This document shows positions 1-10,786 of a DNA stretch of 57,609 nt, one piece after another. This DNA is from Carcharhinus longimanus (Eukaryota): assembly GCA_030264375.1 (NCBI GenBank), contig JASCQW010000162.1:23718854-23776462 (forward strand). Reading direction: 5' to 3'. Within the stretch, counting starts at the first letter, position 1, and every line of letters begins with the position of its first letter. The translations under genes were made by a program, and so were the position numbers. Below the pieces are notes generated by a model. It saw nothing but the letters and a program-made list of their open reading frames with translations. It ran no database searches and was not told where the DNA came from.

Positions 1-89
1 GCCAGCACCAGCAGAAAACATTCTGGCTTTCTTACTGGCAGCAGCACTTTGAAATGTAGCCAGTGTGTGTTTTTGGTGGTGCATTGGTT

Positions 90-540
90 AAGTGATGCAT
101 TTTTGTCAGAAGAATGAATAATTACGGTATAAACTAAATAATGCAATTCTAAAGGGAATGCAAAAGCAGACGGAAAGTCACTCAAAGGCGGGACCTGGAA
201 TTGTATGTGCACAAACCTTTGAGGATAGTAGGAAAAGTTGAGAACGTGATTATCATAAAATCATAGAAACCCTACAGTGCAGAAAAAGGCCATTTGGCCC
301 ATCGGGTCTGCACTGACCACAACCTTACTGAGGCCCTACTCCCATACATCTACATGTTTACCCGCTAATCCCTCTAACCTCTCTAATCTACGCATCTCAG
401 GACTTGGGCAATTTTTGGCATGGCCAATCAGCCTAACCTGCACATCTTTGGACTATGGGAGGAAACCAGAGCACCCGGAGGAAACCCACACAGATTAATT
501 AGGCATTCAGAAGGCTAGGTTTTATACGTGGAGACACAGA
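90..540 (+). mobile_element. CR1/HER1-type LINE, degenerate end of RT region (5' piece of an element that resumes at about 3176)
   Basis: Decayed match to the CR1 ORF2 stretch MHFGRKN..Y.LN..ILKG.Q.Q.DLG.YVH..L...G.V...V.KA...LGFI (gtgatgcatttttgtcagaagaatgaa...aattctaaagggaatgcaaaagcag...gtatgtgcacaaacctttga...ctaggttttata). Interrupted by an HE1 SINE at 252-494. Confidence 0.75.
252..494 (-). mobile_element. HE1-type tRNA-derived SINE (5' truncated)
   Basis: Contains atcatagaaaccctacagtgcagaa..ggccatttggcccatcgggtctgcac and ctaacctgcacatctttggactatgggaggaaaccagagcacccggaggaaacccac. The same blocks recur at 31874, 33111, 48352 and 49560. Confidence 0.92.
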
Positions 541-1665
541 CCCAGACCTTCTAGTTTCTGGATGGTTGTACCCTGGGAGATCCATCAGAAGTCCCAACGC
601 AAGGACTCTGTGGGCATTGTCCAGTAAGTTTCAACTTCTGGTGAGCAATTCTGCTCCATCCAGAACCCTCCAACTTTGTGTTGGCGTCAGAGACTTTGGA
701 GGGTTCTGACTCACTTACCAAAACAATTACCCAGGAGAGATGGGGGGGATGGTTGTAATGTCACTGAACTGATAAACCAGAAGTCCAGGCTAATATCCTG
801 GGGACATGGGTTCAAATCCCATGACAGCTTTTGAATTTTAATTTAATGAATAAATCTGAAATTGAAATGTGCTTCAGTAATGGTGACAGTGCAACAATCT
901 TCATTTGGGTTCTAAAAACCTATTTGATTTACTTGTATCTTTTATTGATGACATTCTGCCATCCTTTCTTACGTGTCTTTGGCCTACATGTGAATCCAGA
1001 CTCATGTCAATGTAGTTGATTCTTAACTGCCCTCTGAAATAGCCTGGCAAGCTACTCATTTCAAATGTAATTAGGAATGGGCACAAAATGCTGACCTTGC
1101 CAGAAATGTCCATGTCTCAGGAAAGAGTTAAAAAAAATAGTTAGACAGGAAAACCCATGTGTAACTAACTGACACCCCAGCCTTCTGACCCCTCTCCCTG
1201 GCCCTCTGACTCCCCTCTCCCGACTACCTGACTGTTCCCTCCTTCTTTCCCCACAGTTCTCCTTTTTGAGCTTCCCATTCCCCTTTGACTCAGCTTCACT
1301 GCCCTACTCATCCTGCATGCTTCCCACTCTACTACTCTGTCATGCTAACCTACCCACCTTGTCACCTGCCACTGTGCTAGCCTGCACACTGCCTCACTCT
1401 CACATTTACTGACACTATGAAAACTATTTAAATACCCCAAAGCTTTTCATTGTGTCAGTGAATGAAAACTTACCAATATACGGCAACTAATTTAGCAGCT
1501 GCCATTAAATGGGGGTGTACCTTGGTTTACCCGATGATCTTGCACTATAAGGAAGGACTTTGAAAACATGCTCTGCACTTCTAAAAAGGCCTGGTCCAGA
1601 AGTCTCAGCAAGAAATGTGGAGCTCCAGTGATTGCAACTCCATGGAAGATTTGGGCAGTAGGATA
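541..1665. mobile_element. Unclassified, probably DNA-transposon-derived remnant, split by a SINE
   Basis: Lies inside the interrupted CR1. Has a 13-bp perfect inverted repeat (661-673/696-708) and a C-rich low-complexity segment at 1170-1410. Family not identified. Confidence 0.35.
734..1138 (+). mobile_element. tRNA-derived SINE, second shark family (called SINE-B here), near full length
   Basis: Pol III B-box gggttcaaatccc at about 808-820. 3' tail taattaggaatgggcacaaaatgctgaccttgccagaaatgtccatgtctcagg followed by an A run. Reverse-complement copies at 13970, 16028 and 18520. Confidence 0.85.
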
Positions 1666-1669
1666 CAAA

Positions 1670-3175
1670 ATCATCGTCTGTGGCGATCACTCACTAGCAA
1701 GTATGATTGTCCATTTAAGGAACTCCGTGTCACTGGCCATGGGTTCTGTGGGTCCTTGCATGGCTGAGGAGCCCAATTCTAGAGCTGCATCTCCAACAGC
1801 ACACTTGGTAGGTGTTTTTGGAGTTGGAATTGCTCCTTGGACTTGAGATTGCTGGTATTCCTTTCTCAAGTTCCTTTTCTGGACTTCCTCTTGTCATCCA
1901 GTGTTCTCAAAGAATTGTGTCCCTTCAAATATGATGTTCCTCTAAGTAGGTTTCTTCTGAGTAAGGATCTCCCAGGCATTGATATCTATGTTGCATTTCT
2001 TGAGGTAAAATTTTACACTGTCTTTGAAGCTCTTCCTTTGTCTTCCTCTTGTTTGGTGCCTTCCTTGAGCTGAGCGAAGATTTGTTTTGGCAATCAGGAC
2101 TCTGCATCTTAAACACGTGGCTGGCCCAGTAGAGTTGGTTTTGTATGATCATGGCCTCAGTGCTGGTGCTGTTGGCTTCTGCAAGGACGCTGATGTTAGT
2201 ACGACTGCTCTCCTAGCTGATGTGGAGAATCTGTCTCAGACAGCCTTGATGATACCTCTCCAGGGTGTCTATGTGGGCAAAGTTTGAGTGATATGAAAGG
2301 GTTGGGAGGATGATTGCCTTGTATATAAGGACCTAAGTACTGGCGTGGCTGCTGCAGTTGTTGAAGACTCTCATCCTTAGGGATCTGAAGGTGGTGCCTA
2401 GGGATTGGAAACTCTGTTGGACCTTCACTTCAATGTCAGCCTTAGATGAGAGGTATTTGCCAGGTAGAGGAGATGTTCTACATTTGGGAGGGTTTCTCTG
2501 TTGACCTTGGTGAAGGGAAAGTTCGAACTAGCCCTGGGGCAGCATGATAAAGGATTTGAATCATCTTGAGATTGAGGCTGAGACTGATTCTTTGATATGC
2601 TTCAGCAATGCACCAAGCATAGCTTGGAGATTCTGTCATATTACCCTTGTGAGGATTGACACCGACATCTTACTGTGGAGGATTCAGAGAATGGTGATGA
2701 ATTTATCTGGACAGCTAGCCTATGGTAAGATCTTCCATAGTATTTCCTGATTGAGTCAAAAGCCTTGGTCAGATCGATGTAGGCCATGTGGAGTGGTTGA
2801 TGTTGCTCCTAGCATTACTCTTTGAGTTGTCGAGCAGTGAAAATCATGCCCATTGTTTCACAGTTTGTTTGGAAGTCACACATGCTTTCCAAAAGGATTT
2901 CTTAATCGACAGAGCAAAGGTGCTAGTGAGGATTCGAGTGATGATTGTCCTGGTGATGAAGGGTCGGGAGATTCCTTGGTAGTTCTCAAGTTCCGTTTTA
3001 TCTCCTTTCTTGAAAATGGTGGTGATGCGACATCTCTGAAGTCGGCAGGATTTCTTCCCTGCCCTAGACTTTCAGGAACAGCTGTTGGAAATGACGGATG
3101 ATCTCTTCTTCCATGTTTGAAAATCTTCGTTGGAATCCCGCCCACTTCTGTGGCTTTTCCATTCTTCTTGTGTTT
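1670..3175 (-). mobile_element. RTE-clade LINE, 5'-truncated, frameshifted RT pseudogene
   Basis: Minus-strand peptides: KNGKATEVGGIPTKIFKHG, TIFKKGDKTELENYQGIS, MIFTARQL, HMAYIDLTKAFDS, QLYWASHVFKM and a C-terminal zinc-finger-like CSSRIGLLSHARTHR. Short 3' UTR ending gacgatgat. Contains stops, frameshifts and an internal deletion. Confidence 0.93.
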
Positions 3176-3745
3176 CAGACAAGATGTGATGAACCTTTAT
3201 TAAACATCAGTTCGACATCAACTGGAATATTGTGTACAATTGTGCACCGCACTTTAGGTATTGGATAGGGTGCAGAAAATATTTACAAAATTTCTGGGAT
3301 GAGACTTCGGTTCGGTGGATGGATTGGTGAAGTAGAGGCTGCTCTTCTTGGAGAAGAGATGATGAGAATTGAAACTAGCATTCAAACTGAATGTCCTGCG
3401 TAGAATAGATAGGAAGAAACTGCAAGTGTTCCCACTGGCAGAAGAATTGAGAACCAGAGGGCATTGGTTTCAAGTGAATGATAAAAGAACCGAATGCAAC
3501 ATGAAGAAAAAGCATTTTTATGCAGTGAGTGGCTGGATGTGGGGTGTATGGTTTTGGAGTGTGATAGCAGCAGATTTAGTTGTTACCTTCAAAATGGAAA
3601 TGGATAATTATCTGAAAATAAAAAGATTTTGTAGGCCTGTGGGACCAGGTAAGGGGATTGGACTAGCTGAGCTGTTGTTGCAGAGAGTTTGCACAGACAT
3701 GACAGGCTGAATAGCCTCCTCCTGTGCTGTAGCCATTCTAGGATT
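3176..3745 (+). mobile_element. CR1/HER1-type LINE 3' end (continuation of 90-540)
   Basis: gatgaacctttattaaacatcagttcgacatcaactggaatattgtgtacaatt (the LYK.LVR..LEYCVQF motif), PLAEELRTRGH, and the 3' tail ggctgaatagcctcctcctgtgctgtagccattctagg. Confidence 0.9.
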
Positions 3746-3753
3746 TAATGGTT

Positions 3754-3903
3754 AAAAGCAAGTTACTGCAGATGCTGGAATCTGAAACCAAAAAAGAAAA
3801 TGCTGAAAAATCTCAGCAGGTCTGGCAGCGTCTGTAAGAGAGAAAAGAGATGATGTTTTGAGTCCAGACAACCCTTTGGGTCTGGACTCAAAACATCAGC
3901 TCT
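3754..3903 (-). mobile_element. Penelope-like pseudo-LTR fragment with a short inverted second copy (foldback)
   Basis: actgcagatgctggaatctgaaaccaaaaaagaaaatgctgaaaaatctcagcaggtctggcagc is the reverse complement of the copy at 34454-34592. 19-bp perfect inverted repeat at 3851-3869/3880-3898. Confidence 0.75.
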
Positions 3904-4124
3904 ATGATTTAACGGTGATGCTCCTAAACGCTTGTTGCATGTGTCTGTAAACTCCAAGTCATTTGGGGAGCTTATAAAATCCTTCAGTAAAGGAGACTCT
4001 GATACTTTTAATTATAAGCCTCTTCTTATCTCCATCATCTTCCCGCCCATTGTTTCTATTGCCTGTCTTGTTAAGAAAACAGGAAAGAGCTATATTCTCA
4101 TTCATTCTCCAATTGGACAGTGTT

Positions 4125-4365
4125 AGTTTGGCTTTGTGGTAGTCCTCTTGGCTGTGAGCCAGAAGATTGATAATTCAAGCCATGTTGCAGGAGGTTAGCA
4201 CGTGATCTAAACTAATACACCACAGTAATCCTGAGGGATTGCTACATGTACTGAGGGAACCTTGCACTTTTAAAGGTCCCATTGGATGAGACACTAAATT
4301 AAGGTGCTGTTGTTTATTTGAAAAGGATTGTGTCCAGGCCAAAATCTATCCCAATGATGACCCAA
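4125..4365 (+). mobile_element. SacSINE1/DeuSINE-like SINE, 5' portion, old
   Basis: tRNA-like head (tggtag..ctcttggctgtgagccagaagattgataattcaagcc), then ctgagggatt-gct, gatgagacactaaattaaggtgctg and tgtccaggccaaaatctatccc. Collinear with the fuller copy at 45672. Confidence 0.65.
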
Positions 4366-4925
4366 AGAAATGTGTACAGCCATAAGACATTACTTGGGTC
4401 TCCAGTACAAGCTTTGTAGTGCTTTCTGTGCATGTTTTCAATTGAAAAATTGTTTTATTGACATTACTGAAAGAGATTACTTGGTCATTTATTTCATTTC
4501 TGTTTGTGGGATTTTGCTCCATGCAATTTTGGCTGCATTCCAAAAATAACTGCAGCAGTAAAATGTGTGGGATGTCTAAAGCATGTAAAAGGTACTGTCT
4601 AAATACAACATTTTCTTCCAAATATGGCCTGTTTTTGAATCTCTCCAGCAATTCTTATCAAGCTGTACTAAGGCATTACTATGTGTAGCCAAAGTAAAAC
4701 AGGTGTAGTTGTATCATGCTCTCTCTGCTTGGAATAAAGTCCCTCTGTCACATGCTCCAGCAGTAAAACTACCAAACTCACCAAATGTGGAAGAGCAAGT
4801 TTAAACGTGTATGCAGGCAGGTGGCTCTCAGTTCCAATCTTCTGAATGTGGAGTTCAATGATCACCTTCACCTTCAAAGGACATTGTTCAGCATGACTTG
4901 TGCTGAAGAAAACTTTCACAATTGT

Positions 4926-5188
4926 GTACATAATTTGCAGAAAACATCCTTTCAATTAAAGCTCTTTTTTAAAAACTTCCAATTAAAATCATAGGCATTT
5001 CCATCTATTTTNNNNNNNNNNNNNNNNNNNNNNNNNNNNNNNNNNNNNNNNNNNNNNNNNNNNNNNNNNNNNNNNNNNNNNNNNNNNNNNNNNNNNNNNN
5101 NNNNNNNNNNNAATTAAAATCATAGGCATTTCCATCTATTTTAGCATATTATCAACATCATGAGTGCTAAAACACTCTGCTAAGTACA
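4926..5188 (+). repeat. Copy 1 of a 132-nt local direct duplication (artificially split by a 100-N gap)
   Basis: Matches 5802-5933 with 2 substitutions once the 31-nt overlap across the gap (4981-5011 = 5112-5142) is collapsed. Confidence 0.9.
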
Positions 5189-5269
5189 CAATGAGATTTT
5201 ACTTGAAGTTGAAACAAATTTGGAGATGCGGACTGTATTTGAAGTGACAGTGCTTATGGTGTGTACGTT

Positions 5270-5800
5270 GTCCTGCGATGTTCTGGATCCCACAGGAATA
5301 TTGTCAGAGTCAGTTTTCTTTTCTGGTCTGTTTGTTGGCTGTCAGTCTGATGTAAAGAGTGGTATGCAATGAGCCCGTGCACTGAGTGGCACTTCCTTAG
5401 ATCAAAGCCAGGAGATTACCGTGATTATGAATTAGGCTGTGATGCCAAAGTTGATCTAACAATAAGAAACAACCACACTTATTCTCATCCAACCCCCTCC
5501 ACAATGGCACATTATGCCAATTGAAGTCTTGAACTTAGTGCTGATGACTATATTCTGTTCTAAAATTAAAATAGCCACCCATGAGAGACTTTGAAGCATT
5601 GAATCAGATAAGGGTACTTAAAGGAGGGAAAAATATTCTAAGAATAATATGCTTTATTATCACTGAACCCCAACTGAAGGCCATGAATAGCTGATGTGAA
5701 AAGTGGGAAAACATCATCTTTTGAGGTTGGGGCTGAGACACTTTGGAGGGGCCAGATAGAAGGAACTTTAACCTACCCAGCACTGGATGTTTATTGCTTG
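5270..5800 (+). mobile_element. Ancient SINE-like remnant (called SINE-C here; weak LF-SINE-like blocks)
   Basis: aattaggctgtgatgcc (reverse-complement-like blocks at 8090 and 20130), caatggcacattatgcca and ggttggggctgagacactttggaggg. Highly decayed. Confidence 0.35.
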
Positions 5801-5801
5801 A

Positions 5802-5933
5802 GTACATAATTTGCAGAAAACATCCTTTCAATTAAAACTCTTTTTCAAAAACTTCCAATTAAAATCATAGGCATTTCCATCTATTTTAGCATATTATCAA
5901 CATCATGAGTGCTAAAACACTCTGCTAAGTACA
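5802..5933 (+). repeat. Copy 2 of the 132-nt duplication
   Basis: gtacataatttgcagaaaacatcc...aaacactctgctaagtaca; begins and ends with GTACA. Confidence 0.9.
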
Positions 5934-6517
5934 GTATCTATCCATAATTGACATCTGATAGAGGTTGGTGTCCCACTGATAAGTTGAAAGTGATCTCTAT
6001 CTGAAATCTATAGGAAAGTACAGAATTAATTCAGTTTCTAATATGCATGGATCCAGAACAAAACTACCAATAATTCAGGGCAAGTTGTTGACAAGCCTAG
6101 TTGTGGGAAAAAAAGCATTTTTGAGTGAGGTGTGGTGCTGTGGTGGTTTTTGTCCTCAGTACTGTCCTGAAATTCCACTCCTTGGCCCAGTGATGACTAA
6201 AAGCTGAATTTGTATTACTGTAACACAACTCTTTGCCTCCAGTGCACACCTTGCAGTGTTTTCTTTATGTTTCAATTGAAAAATTGTTTGGATAAGTTAG
6301 GATCATATGCTTTCATTATGGCAATCTCAATTTGATAACATTGTATAGTATCTTTCAGGGCACATTTACTTAGCAGATGTTGTTCCTTTAAGGGAATTGT
6401 GGATACTAAACCACATTTCAGTTGTGGTTTATTATTAACAAATTAGTTACAGAATTGTGAATAATATTGAAGCTGCAGCATGACAGGAAATCAGAGTCAT
6501 TAATAACAACTGCAACA

Positions 6518-6996
6518 CACTTCCTCATTGAAAAGACCTAGAAAGTGGCTGCAGGCGGTTGGGGTGTCCTGTTCCCCTTGGTTAACTAATACTGCAACTA
6601 GAAAGGTCCAATGTTTAAAATGCATTTATTATATTTCGCAAAGACCATTCTTGTATTATTTGTCTATCACATAGATTCCAACTTAAATTTTAAGCTATTT
6701 TACTTTTTTAATGAATCTATCATAGTGCAATGCCTTTTAATGTTAGTGCCAGAATGAAGGAAACTTCCTGTGTGCTAATGTGGTAGCTCATGCTGAATCA
6801 CTTCCTCATTGAAAAGACCTAGAAAGTGGCTGCAGGCGGTTGGGGTGTCCTGCTCTCCTTGGTTAATTAATACTGCAACTAGAAAGGTACAATGTTTAAA
6901 ATGCATTTATTATATTTCACAAAGACCATTCTTGTATTATTTGTCTATCACATAGATTCCAACTTAAATTTTAAGCTATTTTACTTTTTTAATGAA
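6518..6996 (+). repeat. Tandem duplication with 281-nt period, running into a gap
   Basis: 6518-6715 and 6799-6996 (198 nt) differ at 5 positions. The second copy is cut by the gap at 6997. Confidence 0.92.
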
Positions 6997-7096
6997 NNNN
7001 NNNNNNNNNNNNNNNNNNNNNNNNNNNNNNNNNNNNNNNNNNNNNNNNNNNNNNNNNNNNNNNNNNNNNNNNNNNNNNNNNNNNNNNNNNNNNNNN

Positions 7097-7205
7097 ATGT
7101 GGAACTGAGCCACGACAGATCAGCCATGATCTTACTGAATGGCGGGGCAGGCTCGAGGGGCTAGATGGCCTACCCCTGCTCCTATTTCTTATGTTCTTGT
7201 GTTCT
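7097..7205 (+). mobile_element. CR1/HER1 LINE 3' UTR, young
   Basis: agatcagccatgatcttactgaatggcggggcaggctcgaggggctagatggcctacccctgctcctatttcttatgttctt; CpGs retained. Confidence 0.9.
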
Positions 7206-7244
7206 GTTAAGGAATGATTTCCATTGAATGGTGAGCCTGACGCA

Positions 7245-7960
7245 TTGCCTATATTTTAAAAGGGGAGAAAGTTAAAACCAGGAAACTGTGTTCATTATTT
7301 GAATTTATGTTCTCAGTAAGTAGCTGGAAGGTGTATTTAGAGGCATGTTTGTTGTATGTACATAAAACTGAGGAGCTATTGGCGATTGCAGCATGGCTTC
7401 TGAAAAGAGGTCACATTTCATTAACAGGTCACATCTCATTAACTTGATCAAATCTTTTTGAGGAGGGGAAAACCCTGGTAGATTTCGTGCATTGAAATCC
7501 TTTAATAAAATGCTGCACAGAAGAGGCTTCAGCAGTTATGTTTTGTGGAGTTGGCAGGCGTTTGGTTACATTTGTGTACATAGTAAGTTATTAAAAGTGA
7601 CCAGTTTACATGGGGGCTGGTCAGAAGTACCTGCCGAGATTGGTGTTGAGATCATTATCCTTCGCTGTCTTTGTCGATGATCTAAATGAAGGTACATTTT
7701 GTGATAGAGGAAGAGATTCAATCCACAAGTTTGAAAATAACATGAAGGAACCTGAGATGAACAAAGTAATTGTAAGTGGAACTAGTAGTATAGGAAAATG
7801 AATCATATTTGGCCAGTAGCTTTCAGTTTAGCAGCAAAATGATGCAGTTTGATGGAGGCAATTCCAAGCATGGATTTCCCAAGCAGAGCTAAGTAGTCAA
7901 GGTAGCTGAATGGAAGAAGGACCTATGGTTTGTATTTCATTGATCAACTGCACCAAAGAA
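7245..7960 (+). mobile_element. Old CR1 LINE RT fragment
   Basis: Decayed PIFKKG...PGN (cctatattttaaaaggggag..ccaggaaact), QHGF (cagcatggcttc), FFEE (tttttgaggag), K.F.K..H.R and F..FV.DL.EG motifs. Confidence 0.7.
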
Positions 7961-8089
7961 AATAGAATGTTAGCTTTTTAGTCCATTATCTGAGATTTAA
8001 AGGTTATCAGTACAATCCTTTATTGGTACAGCACATTGTTCTTCCTGAGTCTAAAGTACTGTGTCCCTGCTTGGTTATCTCAAACAATG

Positions 8090-8330
8090 GGACATCACAA
8101 TCAAGCTTGATTTTGCACTCTGTTCATATCAACATATGTTTTTTTTCCGTAATAGATGCTTGATAGTGATCAGTTTTGTGGTACCTCCCTAGTCTTGGGA
8201 TGCTGAGGTCAATCCTGGTCCTGTTATTATCTGCTGTCCCAGTTTGATTTAGCAAAGCCAACATGGACTATGGATTTAATCTGTGACATTCCTGATCTGT
8301 ATAGTTTAAGGACTCAATATCTCAGATCCA
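8090..8330 (-). mobile_element. Ancient tRNA-SINE remnant (SINE-C)
   Basis: gacatcacaatcaagcttgat...gatagtgatcag...ccctagtcttgggatgctgaggtcaat...ttcctgatctgtat; related to blocks at 20130 and 5430. Confidence 0.5.
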
Positions 8331-9334
8331 AGGGCAGTATGTGGCTCACAGATTAAAATTTCTACTTCCCATTTTCTAATACACTATCTTTCCATCTCAG
8401 TAAATGGCAGGCTTCAGTTATGTTCTAGAATACTGTTTCACAAGTATGCTGTTCTTCTGGTACCTCACCTTGTCAGATGTTTCAAATCAATTGTCATTAA
8501 AGTCCTCATTCATGTTTTCAAAATCCACCGTGGCATTGTTCCACTCTTAATGATCTACTGCAATTATATCTACCAGTCTACACGATTGGATCTCTACTTT
8601 CTTATTCCCCAATGCCTTCAGTTCCACGTCAGAAGCTGATCTTCCAATTACAATATAGAAGCTATTTAGAACGGTCTTCCAGAACTGCTGACCTTACTGC
8701 TCATTCATTGTCTTTCAAAATTATTTAAAAAATCTCTTTCTGGCTACGTTATCCCTTCACTTTTCTAACTTCCTTTGATACTCCCTCTCTCCCATGGGTT
8801 TTTTTTAACAGCAGAGGCTGTAAGTTAGTGCAAGTTATTACTCAGGTATCAAGTTTCATCCCGAACACTGGAGGCAGCCCCAGGCATTGTTCGGATAAGT
8901 CTCGGCACCTGCGTGCAATGTTATTTCCTGCCGGTACCATGTAGAATCTGATGTGGGCCTTCATCTGCATCCCATTAACAGAGTACAATTGAGGTTCACA
9001 GAGTCCTCTGGTGGTTTTTCTGACACAATAGCAGGAACCAATGGAAGATGCTGATGTGAAATTGATTTCTGGCCCTCCCGCCAGTGAACACACTGATGGG
9101 GGCTTGGTTGAATTCTGCCCAAGATCTATTATCGAAAAATGCCACAGTACTTTCATTCATGTAAATCTATAACAATCCTTGTCCAGCCTGAATTTCTCAC
9201 TTACAAATGGTTCATTTCATTTGAGAAGCTTCAAATTTATCCTGGCAATCTAGGAATATTTGGAGACCTATGTCACTTACAAAGTCCATTTATTCATTAT
9301 GGAGAAGCAATAAATGTAGCTTATTGAACAAACG

Positions 9335-9805
9335 CTGAAGAACCCTTGAGTCTTGAAAGGAGATGACGAACAAAGACCTCAGAGCTATATAGGATAGTAA
9401 ATGACACGCAATAGTTAACCCCAGAATAATATTTAAAAAATTTGATGGTGTAACAAAAGGGCACAGATTCAAAATGGTGTAAGAAAAACATACAACTAAT
9501 GTTTTGAAGTTCTGCACACTTGGAATGGATTTTCAGGTGGGATTGGAATTATACTGTGGATAATTTAGTTAATGCTGAGTTGTGGGAGGGGGCGGTGTTT
9601 TTTTCCCTTAATAGATGAATTGAGACGACCCCCAAAACTGGATGCAGTGTTACTTTAAGTTTTCAAGACTGAGACTGATTGACTTTTTAAAAATCAGGTA
9701 AGAGTCTCCAGAAATGTGCATTAAATATAGGTAACTGGTGTTACAGGTTGAATGGGGAAACAGGCTTGAAGCGTTAAAACAGCCTACTCACGTTCTTATG
9801 TTCTG
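9335..9805 (+). mobile_element. Old CR1 LINE 3' end (probably the same element as 7245-7960)
   Basis: acaaaagggcacagattcaaaat (T.GH..K), ttcaagactgagactgattgacttttt and the tail gaatggggaaacaggcttgaagcgttaaaacagcctactcacgttcttatgttct. Confidence 0.7.
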
Positions 9806-10749
9806 CAAAGGCATTCCCCTCCGCTCCGCACAAATTTTCCCTTCACTCCATCCAATTCCTAATATATGCACTGATACAGCTTGAAAAAACTTGTTTATAT
9901 TGGTTTCTGTGTTCATATCTATTTTGTGGTAAAAAAGGGTGCCAACAGTATGAGAATGCTCATGGTTCCCTGATGCTTTTGGGCAGTCACCAGGGTCTTC
10001 AAGACTCAAAGTTTGGGAAATCCTGGTGCAATATATGGTGTGACACTGTGAGCATTGAAAATACCTATATTGCATCACTGACAGGAATAATGGATACTGA
10101 AGATACTTGATATGACCCTACAATGAAATACATCTGCCATTTACTTAAAATATTATTAAACACTTTATGCTTTTATTGTCTTATTCTCTTAGTTATATTT
10201 GTTTTTGAATCATTTTATATTATTTACTCTTTTCCTTTGTAACTATTTATTCATGGTCAACATATTGTACTATATAGATAAGCTCTTTGTTTTGGCAACT
10301 TTGGAAGACAACTTTTGTAAAATATAATAATTAAAATACCTGCCCCTTTGCACAAGTAGCAGTAAGAGGCTGCTTTCTGTGTGGAAACTGAAGGTTCAAA
10401 CAGTAACATGCACAGCTGTACAGGGCAAATCTTTCCAGGAAGTGGTAATTTTGAGTTGATTGTCACCTCAACAGTCTGGCTATGCAACTGCATACTGCTA
10501 TACATATTACTAATGAGTTGAGACCCTGAGACGCTTCTTGCTGTAATCTTGCAATAAACCTCTCCATATTTTGTAGATAAAATGGGTCCCTGACTTGCAA
10601 TTGTAAAAAAGATCAAAGGAACTAATATGAGAGTATGTATGAGCATACTGACTGCTAACACAGAGAAGATATTTTCAAAGAATCGTGTGGTTGTATTTAG
10701 GAATATGTGTTTAAGATCTTACATGTGTTAACTGTCTCCATAACTGCAG

Positions 10750-10786
10750 GGACGCTGCCGTGATGTTACTGTACCACCTATTACAG
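10750..10786 (+). CDS. Candidate 37-nt internal exon of an unidentified host gene
   Basis: Acceptor gtgttaactgtctccataactgcag|G with branch-point-like TTAAC and near-consensus donor CAG|GTAAGA. Two open frames (GRCRDVTVPPIT or DAAVMLLYHLLQ). Two CpGs retained; repeat-poor surroundings. Confidence 0.5.

Noticed and set aside
8842-9156. 104-aa minus-strand ORF
   Set aside because: No recognisable domain or splice structure. The segment ends in aattctgccc like the Harbinger-type termini and is more likely a transposon remnant.
10257-10661. 134-aa minus-strand ORF
   Set aside because: No motif, no splice signals and no ATG start; consistent with chance.
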